A stretch of DNA of 64,000 bases from Polyangiaceae bacterium (GCA_044376115.1 JBILLK010000032.1:1-64000), one strand, 5' to 3'. Counted from the stretch's first letter, positions 45,263 to 55,274 are shown. The notes: generated by a model from the letters alone, not told the origin. A program made the numbers and translations.

Positions 45263-46128
45263 GTCACGACCACGATCACAGCCACGATCACGATCACAAT
45301 CATGACCACGGTCACGACCACGAGCATGTGGACTTCGCGCAGCAGCGCGCGGCGATCCTCTCCGATTTGCAGCAAGTGTTCGAACAAGAGCTGGCCTTCC
45401 GTGAATGGGGACGCCTTTTGATCGAGCTCGCCAAAGACAAGAGCGGTGCCTTGCGCGTCGCCGACGTGGTCGTCGAGGAGATCGTCGATGAGGCGCTGGT
45501 AGAGCGGCTGTTCGAGCAGCCTGCGGCGGGCCAAGTGATGTCGGGCTTACCGGTGGTGATCGAGGCGCTGGTCGGGCTCGCCGGCGACGCCGATTTGGAG
45601 AAGCTCGGCGGTGGCACCTTCATTCGCTTCGAAGGCGAAGACGGCGACAAACTCGAGTTCTTGCCCGGCCTCGTGCGTGCGCCCAGCGTCGGCTTCGACA
45701 GCGTCCGTGAGAGCGTGCTGACGCGAGCTCGCGAGAACGATCTGGTGACGCGCTTCGACCTCGGCGGGGCCGTCGTGCAGACCGACATGGAGCTCGGCGC
45801 GCTGCGCTTCGTGCGCGGGGAAACGCCGATCGCCGAGGGCCGTCAGGTCGTGCTCGGCTCCTTCGCCAGGCCGGCCCGCGCTTGGGTTTGGGCGGCCTTC
45901 AACCCGAGCCTCAACGAGACCGCCAAGGCCCGCGCCAGCGCCCTGCTCGACGCCATGCCCGACCGCAGCGCCTGGGAGATCACCACCCCTGGCCTCGTAA
46001 CCGACTCACCGACCGCCTGGGCGCTCGCCTGGTGGGTCGCGCTCGAGAACAAGCTCCTGGGCGTCGTACGCGTCGACACCGACGACGGCTTCGTCGTGCT
46101 CGGGGTGGAGTCGCTCGAGGCGCGCTAG
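45259..46128 (+). CDS. His-rich N-terminus protein with DUF6882-like C-terminal domain
   Basis: HDHDHSHDHDHNHDHGHDHEH; QVVLGSF....WVWAAFNPSL. Confidence 0.7.
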   Translation: MSHDHDHSHDHDHNHDHGHDHEHVDFAQQRAAILSDLQQVFEQELAFREWGRLLIELAKDKSGALRVADVVVEEIVDEALVERLFEQPAAGQVMSGLPVVIEALVGLAGDADLEKLGGGTFIRFEGEDGDKLEFLPGLVRAPSVGFDSVRESVLTRARENDLVTRFDLGGAVVQTDMELGALRFVRGETPIAEGRQVVLGSFARPARAWVWAAFNPSLNETAKARASALLDAMPDRSAWEITTPGLVTDSPTAWALAWWVALENKLLGVVRVDTDDGFVVLGVESLEAR

Positions 46129-46195
46129 CGTGCGAGCCGGTTGAGTGAACCGTCCGGGACGCCGACGAATCGCTGCTACCCTCAGCGACCTCGTC

Positions 46196-47445
46196 CTACG
46201 GACCGACGGTCTGCGCCCATAGAACGACTTGTCCGTCGCGCTGGGCGACGAAGGTGACTCCGCCATCGTGGGAGACGACGACCGCGAGACTGCCAGGGTG
46301 GCGGTTCACGAACCGGTACGCCGCTCGATGGCGCGTACCCACCGCTTCGATATCCTCGGAACGGCGCGCGTCCCCTTCCCGATCGAGCGCCCGCCACACT
46401 TGCAACGGTGAACCAAGATCCGCAGAAACCTCCGCCCCGAAGCCAACGACTGCAAAGCGCTTATCGAGGACGACCGCGCCGTCGATGGCGGCCAGGTTGG
46501 CAATGACGCGACTCCACTCGAATACCGCCTGCTCGAGCCGCTCGAGATCGGGACTGGAGCTGGTGACGAAGTCCGTCCAGTCGATCGATGCGTTCGGCGT
46601 CGAGTCGGCGAGTGCCCCGAGCAGGCGAAGCAGCAGCGCGCGAAATCGCTGCGCCGGTTCGTCGCGCTCGAGGCCATATTTGATGCGAAGACCATCGATG
46701 CTTCCGTCGTGGATGAGGATGAGCCCGCCGTGTTGTGCGCCGCGCACGAGTTGGATGCATCGGCGCACCATGTGCTGCGACCAACGAGCGAAGTAGAGAC
46801 GGCGGTGGGAACCTTTTTGTTCGCCTGCAGCGCGCCGTGCTGTTCACGCAACTCTTCGCGTTCGCGGCTAAAGAGCGCAGGCAGCCAGGCGGAGTCGAAC
46901 ACGTCGATGGTCGTGTCGACGAGCGCGCCACGCACGATCGCGCCGATGAGAACGCCAGCGCGACGCACGGCGACCTGAGCCGGCCCGTTGACGTGAATGA
47001 TCGGATCGAAGGTCCAGTTCGAGCCCCCATCACGCCCGCCCCACGTCGGCGCGAGCCACGCCGGACCGGAGTGCGCGATGCCCCAGATTCGAAGCCCATC
47101 TGCCTCCGCGTGCACCCCGATGAGCGCGGTCTCGAAGGGAGCCGAGGGCGCCAAGCGGCGCAGCTCATCGCTATGCAGCGGCCTTGTGCGGTCGAGCTTT
47201 AGCCGGAGTACGCCGTGGTTCGGCTCGCCATCCGGAGGGAGCGCATCCGGCCCCATCAGAAGCATGCGGAATCGAGTCGGTCGCATCTCCTCGGTGGTCA
47301 TCGACGCCTGATAGGCGGCGGCGATCGCCTCGTGGAGTTGGTCCTCCGAGATGCCGAGCGGCGTAGCCGATGGCCAATGCTTGGCGACCCAGCGCGCGAG
47401 GTCGGGCGGATAGGCGCGCTCACATCTCCGATCCGCGTCGGTCAT
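46196..47445 (-). pseudogene. Diadenylate cyclase (DACNV-like sensor plus DisA_N/DAC domain), frameshifted near 46780
   Basis: The N-half (AYPPDLA...AAYQASMTTEEMRP) and the C-half with AAIDGAVVL and GTRHRAA motifs lie in different frames. Confidence 0.8.
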
Positions 47446-47609
47446 TCGGCCGAGCATAGCATTCCGCTTGGCACGCTCTGTCCGAACGCTGCGGCGCAAC
47501 GATGTGCCCGAGGCCGCTACCCGGCCGCGCGAAGCATGGGGCGGCCAGCGCAACGCATGACGATGGGGGAGGTATGCATCGCGGCCGTCGTACCAGCTGA
47601 CGCGCGCAC

Positions 47610-48614
47610 ATGGCCGACCCGATCCTCTACGCGACGCCCGTGTTCGCACTTGCGCTTGGCGCCGAGGGGCTCGCGCTTCGGGGCACCCGACGCGCCTTCA
47701 CGTTCCGGCGCCTCGGGAGCGCCCTCGGTTGCCTGGCCTGGGACCAGCTGATCAACCTCGCCACCTTCGCGGTGTTCCTCGGCGCGTACGCAGCGGTCCA
47801 CCAGGCCTCCACATCGGAGCTCCGGCTCGCGCACGGCCCGGTAGCAATCCTGCTCGCCATCGTCCTCCACGACGTCGCCTACTACGCCTACCACCGGGCA
47901 TCGCATCGAGTGAACGTGCTCTGGGCCGTGCACGTAGTGCACCACCAGAGCGACCATTACGACTTCACCGTCTCGCTGCGACAAGGCGCGGTCGCCACTT
48001 GGGTGACCTACCTGTTCTATCTGCCGCTGGCGTTGGTGGTCCCCGCGGAGACGTTCGTGCTCGTCCACGCGGCCTATCAGATCTACCAGTTCTTCGTGCA
48101 CACCGAGCTGGTGCGGCGTATCGGCCCGCTGGAGTGGCTCCTGGCGAGCCCCAGCCACCACCGCGTGCATCACGGCCAGAACGCCCCCTACGTCGACAAG
48201 AACTACGGCGGCTTCTTCATCGTCTTCGATCGGCTCCTGGGGACCTTCGAACCGGAGTCGGGCCCGGTGCACTACGGCGTCCCCGGTGGTTACGCGCGCA
48301 CCAGCCCGCTCTTCGCCAACACGTATTTGTTCGTGCGGCTCCTCGCGGCGTCGCGACGCGCGCAGGGCTTCGGCGATCTGCTTCGGCTTTGGTTCGGTCC
48401 TCCGGAAGGTAGCCCACTCAGCAGCGCCGCACCGGCAGCAGAGCGGCGCGCCTCCCGAGGGCTCGGCCGGTTCGCCCTCGGCGCGGGGCTCGCCCTAGCG
48501 CTCGTCACGGTGGTCGCGGGCGCTGGCCTCGGCACGGGACTTCGAATCGCCCTCGGCCTCGTGGCTCTCGCCGCAATCGAAGCCGGCAGCAAGCTCATCG
48601 ACACTCCGGCCTGA
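47610..48614 (+). CDS. Sterol desaturase / fatty acid hydroxylase family (alkylglycerol monooxygenase-like)
   Basis: His boxes HRASH, HVVHH, HTE, HRVHH; DKNYGG...FDRLLGTF. Confidence 0.88.
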   Translation: MADPILYATPVFALALGAEGLALRGTRRAFTFRRLGSALGCLAWDQLINLATFAVFLGAYAAVHQASTSELRLAHGPVAILLAIVLHDVAYYAYHRASHRVNVLWAVHVVHHQSDHYDFTVSLRQGAVATWVTYLFYLPLALVVPAETFVLVHAAYQIYQFFVHTELVRRIGPLEWLLASPSHHRVHHGQNAPYVDKNYGGFFIVFDRLLGTFEPESGPVHYGVPGGYARTSPLFANTYLFVRLLAASRRAQGFGDLLRLWFGPPEGSPLSSAAPAAERRASRGLGRFALGAGLALALVTVVAGAGLGTGLRIALGLVALAAIEAGSKLIDTPA

Positions 48615-48675
48615 GCGCAGAGTTAGCGCGCGTGATGCTCGAGCAGCGCATGCCCGTTGCCAGACGGCGAGCGGC

Positions 48676-50082
48676 TCAGTGCCTCAGATACCCGACGAAT
48701 CCGAGCGTGCCTTTCGAGTACGGACTCGCGTAGAGGGCAAGCTCGTCCGCGTCGTTGGGGCATATTCTGAAAGCAGGCTCGAGGCTCGGAAACAGGCGTG
48801 CCGCAGCATCGGTATCCGCGGGCTCCTGTTCGAGCAGGCGAGCGCAGGCCTCCTCGAGGACGTCGGCGTCGCCTCGCTCGAGAGCGACAATGACGCCGAG
48901 CGCATCCACCGCGGCGAACACGGCGCCATCGAGCTGAACCGTGCTGAGCAGTTGCTCTGCCGTCATCTTGCGGGCGCGCGCGTCGGCGAGTGACTTGGCC
49001 TCCTCGTTCGGGTTGCCGAGCGGCGCGTCATGGTTGAACTCGCCGGCGCGTTGCTGGCCGCCCAGCACGCTGCGCGCGGCGCCTGCTGCGTCCGCGGGCC
49101 AGCTGAGCTCGAGGCTGAAGGCCAGCCGGCTCTTGGTTTGCCAAGCGATGCACGGCCGCTCCACACGCGACTGCGCTGAGCCCCCCGGCACCATGTACGC
49201 ATCGAGCCGTTGCTCGACACAGACGGTCTTCTGCGGCTCGGTCTCGCTTAGCTCGACCTGGACGTCGAAGACGCGAAGACGCGGCGTGCTCGCAGAAGCG
49301 GCGGCCTGCCCATCGGCCGGTGAGGCCAGGCTGCGCATCAGCCCGCTCGGCGCCTCGCTGAGGATGACGTCACGTCGGCGACGCGCTGGCGAGGAGAACG
49401 CTGCTTCGCAAGCCTGCCGCGCGCGTAAGACGTCAACCGCCGTCTCCGTTGCCACCGAGGTATCCTGCGTTGCCAACTCTCGGCCCAGGGTCGCTGCTCG
49501 ACATGCGTGGCGGGCCGAGGAGCTTGGTCGGCCGGCGCGGGCCTGCGCATCGAAGCGCTCGAGGTGGAACCGCACCGCCTCGGCGAACAGCTCCCGCTCG
49601 CGAGGTACGCTCTTCCACGCGGGCGTCTCCTCCACCAGGACGAACGGGCCGAGCGACTGCCGTACCACACCCTCGACGAAGCGAACGCGCGAGATCGCAC
49701 TCTCGTAGCGCCGCTCGCCGCGAGTCCTTTCGATATCGGCAACCACTCCCGGCAGCGCGCTCATCAGCTGCGCCTTCGCCTGCTCGCGCTGATCGTTCTC
49801 CCCGTAGACCTCGCCTCCGTCCCAAAACAAAAGCGACGCACGGTCGAATCGCTCCCCGTCGCTGCTGGCCGCGTCGACCTCAGCCAGCCAACACGCAGCG
49901 ACCTCGCTGGACTCACGCGTGCAGTCGCCACCGCGGTCAGCCGAGCAGCGCGAGTGCGCAGCGAGTTGGGCTCCGCACACCCCAACGGGCGCGGGCGTTT
50001 CCGGCGTGGTTGACGCAACCCCCGTGCATCCGAGCGCGAGCAGCGCGCCACCGAGCAGTCCGAGTTGCGTCTTCAGAATCAT
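48676..50082 (-). CDS. Hypothetical lipoprotein
   Basis: Lipobox ALGC; 468-aa ORF. Confidence 0.65.
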   Translation of the reverse strand: MILKTQLGLLGGALLALGCTGVASTTPETPAPVGVCGAQLAAHSRCSADRGGDCTRESSEVAACWLAEVDAASSDGERFDRASLLFWDGGEVYGENDQREQAKAQLMSALPGVVADIERTRGERRYESAISRVRFVEGVVRQSLGPFVLVEETPAWKSVPRERELFAEAVRFHLERFDAQARAGRPSSSARHACRAATLGRELATQDTSVATETAVDVLRARQACEAAFSSPARRRRDVILSEAPSGLMRSLASPADGQAAASASTPRLRVFDVQVELSETEPQKTVCVEQRLDAYMVPGGSAQSRVERPCIAWQTKSRLAFSLELSWPADAAGAARSVLGGQQRAGEFNHDAPLGNPNEEAKSLADARARKMTAEQLLSTVQLDGAVFAAVDALGVIVALERGDADVLEEACARLLEQEPADTDAAARLFPSLEPAFRICPNDADELALYASPYSKGTLGFVGYLRH

Positions 50083-50228
50083 GGGCGAAAGAACGGCGGA
50101 AGCCAGAGGAGCTTACAGCTGAGGAGGCCTGCGGTGGGACGAAGCTTTGCTTGGCGACGACATCCCGCGCCCGCGGCGCGCCGTGAAATGCCTGTGGTCT
50201 TCCATCCCTTGGGCCTTACGCTCCGCTC

Positions 50229-50571
50229 ATGATCTGCCCCCGTTGCCCAGGAGCGTTACCGCTTTCAACCTGGCGTGTTCCGAGCCCCGAGGGCGATGTC
50301 GAGCTGCAAGGGTGCGACACATGTCAGGGTCTCTACCTGACGAAGGCCCAGCAGAAGTCGGCTTGCAGGAGCTGCGCTCGCGCAGACGCAGGTCAAGTGC
50401 GTCTATTGTGAGCGCGTGTTCGAGCCTAACGAGCTGATGTTCTGGGAGCACGGACGCATCTGTCGAGGCTGCAAGCAGGTTCGAGACGTGCGCGCTGCAG
50501 AGCGAGAGCAGGGTACTTCCACAAACAGCAGCTGGCTCGACCAGCTCGTGAGCGCGATTCTCCGCAGCTGA
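50229..50571 (+). pseudogene. zf-TFIIB-type zinc-ribbon protein, frameshifted or internally deleted
   Basis: MICPRC...CDTCQGLYL in one frame; VKCVYCERVF...ICRGCK...ILRS* continues in another frame to 50571. Confidence 0.6.
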
Positions 50572-50661
50572 CGAGCACGCCCAAAGCCTTTGCACAGGCT
50601 TCGAAGACGGGCCGCGGGGCTCGCGTTGGCGTGCGCGGGAGTCCTCGACTAGCATCGCGGG

Positions 50662-51459
50662 GTGAGACGAGCGGTGACGATCGAGCTGGCAAGAGTCGAA
50701 CTGCCGCATTGGTACGCAGCGCTCGTGGCCGACGCCGTCGAACACGCTCTCTCCGAAGCCGATTGGCAAGACCACGGCGCGCCCAAGTTGGCCGCGTGGA
50801 TCTTGGGAGAGTTCGGGCGCCTCGCCGAGAACCTCGGCGGCGCCGCCGCGAACCCGCAGCTCGTGACCCGAATCGCTTCGACGCGTGAGAACGTGGAGCG
50901 GCTCGGCTCCGCACTGCAGGCCGGTCTGCGGCACGACGCAGCGTTCTATCAACGCCTCCAGAGCATCGGCGACCAGTGGTTCGTCGAGCGCACCGTGGAG
51001 CTACTTGGCCTGCGCTTCGAGTCGCCAGCGCTCGTCGCGGTTCCCCGCGCGGCCTTCGCCGCGATCGAGGCGACCGTTCAAGATGCGTTCACACGCGGCG
51101 AGAACGTCGACGCGCGGTTGCTAGAGACGCTCGAACGCGCGGGCATTCCTGCGCTGTTCGACCGGCTGCGTGCGATGAATGCCCTGCAGCCCACGCCTGC
51201 GGCGCTCCTTGCAGAAGGCCTACCGTTGGCGACGGTGCTGAGCGTCGAGCCAACCGACGATCCAGCGCTCGAACGCGTCGTGTTCGCCTCGCTCTCTTCG
51301 CAGAATCCGCGCACCTATCGTCCCGCTGAAAGGTTCGCAGTGGGCGAGTCGATCGAGCACACCAAGCTCGGCCGCGGAGTCGTCGTCGCGCTCGGTGAGG
51401 GCAAGATCCGGGTGCGCTTCGCCGACGGTGAGCGTACGCTCGTTCACGCTCCCGGGTGA
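50662..51459 (+). CDS. Hypothetical protein with C-terminal SH3/KOW-like motif
   Basis: Ends FAVGESIEHTKLGRGVV...KIRVRFADGERTLVH; TAGCAT-N6-GTG start. Confidence 0.7.
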   Translation: MRRAVTIELARVELPHWYAALVADAVEHALSEADWQDHGAPKLAAWILGEFGRLAENLGGAAANPQLVTRIASTRENVERLGSALQAGLRHDAAFYQRLQSIGDQWFVERTVELLGLRFESPALVAVPRAAFAAIEATVQDAFTRGENVDARLLETLERAGIPALFDRLRAMNALQPTPAALLAEGLPLATVLSVEPTDDPALERVVFASLSSQNPRTYRPAERFAVGESIEHTKLGRGVVVALGEGKIRVRFADGERTLVHAPG

Positions 51460-51571
51460 AGAGCACCCACTGCAAACGAAGCGTCACGCATCGCTGTGAA
51501 CGCATCTCTGTGAATACCGGCGAACCCCAAGAGCTTCTTGGAACAACGCGATCCAATGGCGCAGCTACTCA

Positions 51572-52216
51572 ATGGTCTGGTTAGTTTCACCCAGTGAGCT
51601 GATCGAGCTCTTGCAGACGTATGGGCTCTCGCTGGTTGAGTACAAGGCAATGGTCTGTCCTGCCTACGGGATCCCACTCGGTCTGTTGGCCATGGCTCGC
51701 CACTCGGTTGCCGAGAATATCGTGCCCTTCAACCATCCCAAGTTCTCGGAAGCGGAGTACGCCGCAGCGCTGGAACAATTGATCGCGAAGGGCCTCTTGA
51801 CGTTCGCACCAGCGTTTACGAGAGAGAGCGCCCGCATGAGGGAGGAAGGTTTGGTCCGCCCGCGCTGGCTCGTTCCCGCGACGGGCTCCGTCGTGTTCAC
51901 GCCGCGGGGCTTTCAGCTCCACCAGTCCATCAAGACCAAGGTCCACGGTCCGCGGAAACTCGAGCTCACCGTAGAGCGCTCGATTGGCGGGCGATACAGT
52001 GAGGAGCTTCATGTGGTCCCCACGATGAGGGAGGCGCGGGAATGGCTAGCGGACGCGGACCATCGCGCAAGTGAACGTCGCGATCACGCAGTGGTTGTGG
52101 CCCAAATCGGCCCTGAGCGCATCGGCCGATGGAGGCATGACATGTTCACCGTCGTTCCTCGCGGATATCGAGCAAAGGTGCGCCTCCGGATTCAGGCGGA
52201 AGGTGACGCAACCTAG
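51572..52216 (+). CDS. Hypothetical protein (possible winged helix)
   Basis: ALEQLIAKGLL...FTPRG pattern. Confidence 0.55.
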   Translation: MVWLVSPSELIELLQTYGLSLVEYKAMVCPAYGIPLGLLAMARHSVAENIVPFNHPKFSEAEYAAALEQLIAKGLLTFAPAFTRESARMREEGLVRPRWLVPATGSVVFTPRGFQLHQSIKTKVHGPRKLELTVERSIGGRYSEELHVVPTMREAREWLADADHRASERRDHAVVVAQIGPERIGRWRHDMFTVVPRGYRAKVRLRIQAEGDAT

Positions 52217-52433
52217 AGGCTCGACCGCGCGGCCACAGCCGCTCGACCTTGGTACTCGCGTCTTGGCGTGCCGAGCCGCTCGAGCGAAGACGTCGTGCCC
52301 TGACCCGCGTCGCGCTACACGTGACCATCCCTCGCAGTGGCACGCTGGTCTTAGCCCACCTTGGAATCGCAAGTCGGTGCCCCCTCGGGCTCGCGAGCCC
52401 ACTCCGCCAGCTCGGCGCGCTACTCTCTCCCCC

Positions 52434-53222
52434 ATGCTCGTTACACCCGCCGTCGCGTTCGTTCGCCCTCCCTCGGCGAGCTACGCGTCGTGTCTGCGCA
52501 GCGATGCGGCGCCCATCGACGTCGACGAGGCGCGGGCGCAGCACGCCGGCTACGTGCGAGCGTTGCGTGACGCGGGCGTGGAGATCGTCATGCTCTTGCC
52601 CGAGGACGAGCTGCCGGACGCGATGTTCGTCGAGGACACGGCTGTGATCGTGGGCGATCGTGCGCTCATTACCCGACCGGGTGCTCCTTCTCGGCGTGGG
52701 GAGACGAGCTCGGTGCGAGCTGCGCTTGCGACGCGCTTGGAGGTGGTCGACATGCAGCCTCCGGCGCAGCTCGACGGCGGCGATGTGCTGCGCGTCGGGG
52801 ACGCGCTGCTGGTAGGCCTGTCCCAGCGCACCAACCGTGAGGGCATCGACGCCCTGCGGGGCTTCGCCAGCGAGCTCGGCCTCTCGACCCACACCGTCGA
52901 GCTCCACGCCGGCCTGCATCTGAAGTCGGCGTGCTCCTTGGCCGACGCGAGCACCTTGCTCGTGTTTGAGGGCGCGTTTCGCCTCGGAGCTCTCCCCGCG
53001 TTGGATGTCGAGGTGCTCAAGGTCTCCGAGCCTGCGGGCGCCAATATGCTCGCGTTCGACCGCCGCGTGCTGGTCTCGGCTGCGGCCCCACGCACCGCCG
53101 AGCTCTTGGCGAACCGGGGTCTTCGGCCCATCGCGCTCGAGCTCTCGCAGATCCACGCCGGCGACGGGGCGCTCTCCTGCTTGTCCTTGCGGGTGGCGCC
53201 GCCGGGGCACTGGGTCGTTTGA
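52434..53222 (+). CDS. Dimethylarginine dimethylaminohydrolase family amidinohydrolase
   Basis: PDAMFVEDTAV, SRRGE, DGGDVL, RTN, HLKS, GALSCLS (Cys-His-Glu/Asp). Confidence 0.9.
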   Translation: MLVTPAVAFVRPPSASYASCLRSDAAPIDVDEARAQHAGYVRALRDAGVEIVMLLPEDELPDAMFVEDTAVIVGDRALITRPGAPSRRGETSSVRAALATRLEVVDMQPPAQLDGGDVLRVGDALLVGLSQRTNREGIDALRGFASELGLSTHTVELHAGLHLKSACSLADASTLLVFEGAFRLGALPALDVEVLKVSEPAGANMLAFDRRVLVSAAAPRTAELLANRGLRPIALELSQIHAGDGALSCLSLRVAPPGHWVV

Positions 53223-53265
53223 GCCTGAAGAACGCTCCCCGCAGCTGTTCCTGCAAAGGCCGCTG

Positions 53266-54330
53266 TCAGCGACGCGGCTTCTTTGCTGCCTTCGCCACCG
53301 ACTTCGCCACGGACTTCGCCACCACTGGCTTCTTTACCGACTTTGCCACCACTGGCTTCTTTACCGACTTTGCCTTCGACTTCGGCGTGCTCGGCTTTTT
53401 CGTCGAGAAGTTCTGCTCGAGCCAGGTCAGCAGATCGGGCGCCGCGAGCGAGCGGGCGTCGTCGTCATGGTAGACCGAGATGATCTGCCCAACCTTGCCA
53501 CCCTTCGACGGGGAGAGGTCGAGCATCTCGCCATTGCCACCGGCGTCGCTGCTGATGGGGATCCAATTTCGATTCCAGCGCTCGGCTCGAACGCCTTGGT
53601 CGGCCTCGACGTCATCATCGTCGTCGAGACTGTCCGCGACTTCTTCCCAGCTCGACCATTCTCGAGCGATGCCCTCGAGCGGGAGCAGTCGCCGATCACC
53701 AAAGATCGGAGCCAACTTCGGGCCGCCGTCGTGGGCGAGATAGAACGCGCGCGCCTCGATCGGCAGTGTGACGCCCAGCTTGGACTCGAGCGCCGCGATC
53801 GCAGCTTCGGTCGCGCCGGATGGCAGCTTGACGCCGCACTTCGAAGCGAGCGCGTCGATGCGACCGATCTGCGCGACGGTCGCCGCCGGGGTCTGCACGG
53901 GCTTAGATGACGCGACCTTCTTCGCAGCGGCCTTGCGGACGGGCGCCTCGACCTTCTTGGGCTTGGCAGGCGACGCGGCGGCCGCGACCTCGTGCGGCTC
54001 GACAGCCTGCCACTTCTGGCGCTTCGCGCGCTCCTTTAGGTCGACCATCGTCACGTTGACGACGATGGTGCGCACGGCCTTCGGCGCCACTCCTGGCGCA
54101 AAGAGACGCTGCGGTAGGCCGAGAGACTCGATCTGCGACTCCAAGGCCTCGAACACGGCGTCGCGGGTCGCCTTCAGCGCTGGCTCCCTGGGCAGCGGAA
54201 TCGCACCGAACCAGCGGCGGTCGAAATACATGCCAAGCCCACCCGACAACGAGGGGTGAAGCTTCGTCACTTCGTTGGCGAGCGGGAACACAAACGCGAA
54301 GGGCTTCGAAGAGTCCATGAGCGGCGACAT
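53266..54330 (-). CDS. SMI1/KNR4 (SUKH) domain protein with Lys-rich tail
   Basis: GATEAAIAALESKLGVTLP...FYLAHDG, WIPISSDAGGN..LDL.P...GQI; includes a 27-bp tandem duplication at 53318-53371. Confidence 0.85.
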   Translation of the reverse strand: MSPLMDSSKPFAFVFPLANEVTKLHPSLSGGLGMYFDRRWFGAIPLPREPALKATRDAVFEALESQIESLGLPQRLFAPGVAPKAVRTIVVNVTMVDLKERAKRQKWQAVEPHEVAAAASPAKPKKVEAPVRKAAAKKVASSKPVQTPAATVAQIGRIDALASKCGVKLPSGATEAAIAALESKLGVTLPIEARAFYLAHDGGPKLAPIFGDRRLLPLEGIAREWSSWEEVADSLDDDDDVEADQGVRAERWNRNWIPISSDAGGNGEMLDLSPSKGGKVGQIISVYHDDDARSLAAPDLLTWLEQNFSTKKPSTPKSKAKSVKKPVVAKSVKKPVVAKSVAKSVAKAAKKPRR

Positions 54331-54402
54331 TTATCAGGTGGGCTCGGCGCCGACCACCGCCGCGGACAGTCGCTCAAGCGACGCATCCGCTTGGCCCGCC
54401 CT

Positions 54403-55020
54403 TCAATCAACGACGCACAGGGGCGCCACGATGATGCCCGCCGTTTGCCCAGTCAGGAAGTTGAGATCGAAGCTTGCTTCCACCCAACCCCCTTCCCCGA
54501 CGCTGATGTGCTCGAACGAAACGGTGCCCGAGTCAGCGCCGAAGCCTGCGCCTTGGCACGAGGCTGGGACGTCGCCGGACCATGCACTGACGACGCCGTC
54601 GCCGATCTCGTAGCTGCCCGGTTCGAGCCCGGTAAGGTTGAGCTCGAGCCGAAAGTGCGGCTCGTTCCCGCAGTCTCCGACGGTGCTTGCTGCGCAGAAT
54701 TCGGGGACGTCGGTGACCACCACAGCGAGCTGGTCTTCGCCGTCGAAAACTCGGTGAAAGGCAACTGCCGACTGAATGGACTCCGCGAAGCTGTGGCCAT
54801 TCACGGTCAAGTCCGCGCTCAAGTCCCAGCTGGCCTCAGGCGTGCCCATCGCTCCGCCAGCGCCGCTCGCGTCCGTCCCACCCGCCGTACCTCCAGCACC
54901 TCCGACCGCTCCTTCGCCCCCCTGCGCGGGGCTTGCTCCTGAGCCGGAGGACTCGGACGCACCATCCGTGCAGCCCAGAAGAAATGCGAAGGCCGTAGCT
55001 CCAATCGAAGTTCTGATCAT
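54403..55020 (-). CDS. Hypothetical lipoprotein
   Basis: Lipobox LLGC, Gly-rich linker. Confidence 0.75.
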   Translation of the reverse strand: MIRTSIGATAFAFLLGCTDGASESSGSGASPAQGGEGAVGGAGGTAGGTDASGAGGAMGTPEASWDLSADLTVNGHSFAESIQSAVAFHRVFDGEDQLAVVVTDVPEFCAASTVGDCGNEPHFRLELNLTGLEPGSYEIGDGVVSAWSGDVPASCQGAGFGADSGTVSFEHISVGEGGWVEASFDLNFLTGQTAGIIVAPLCVVD

Positions 55021-55104
55021 GCGCGGACGCTAGAACCGCGCAGGCACTTCGGCTGCTTAATGCGACTTAATCCGCTCGCCAAGGAAGAGCCGATCAACCG
55101 CCGA

Positions 55105-55237
55105 TCTTCAAAAAGGAAGCGCCGAAGACGGAAGCTTGATGCGGGTACGCGTTGGTCCGCTCGCTGAATGACTCGTGCCAAGTCGAGGGTCCAATCGGGC
55201 CTGCGGCCGTTCTTTTTGAAGAGGGCACGAGTCATTC
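55105..55237. repeat. Two interleaved inverted repeats (MITE-like or structured element)
   Basis: TCTTCAAAAAG 55105-55115 / 55212-55222; GAATGACTCGTGCC 55166-55179 / 55224-55237. Confidence 0.6.
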
Positions 55238-55274
55238 TTGTTGCTGCATCCGCCTTCGGCGGAATGAGAGCCGC

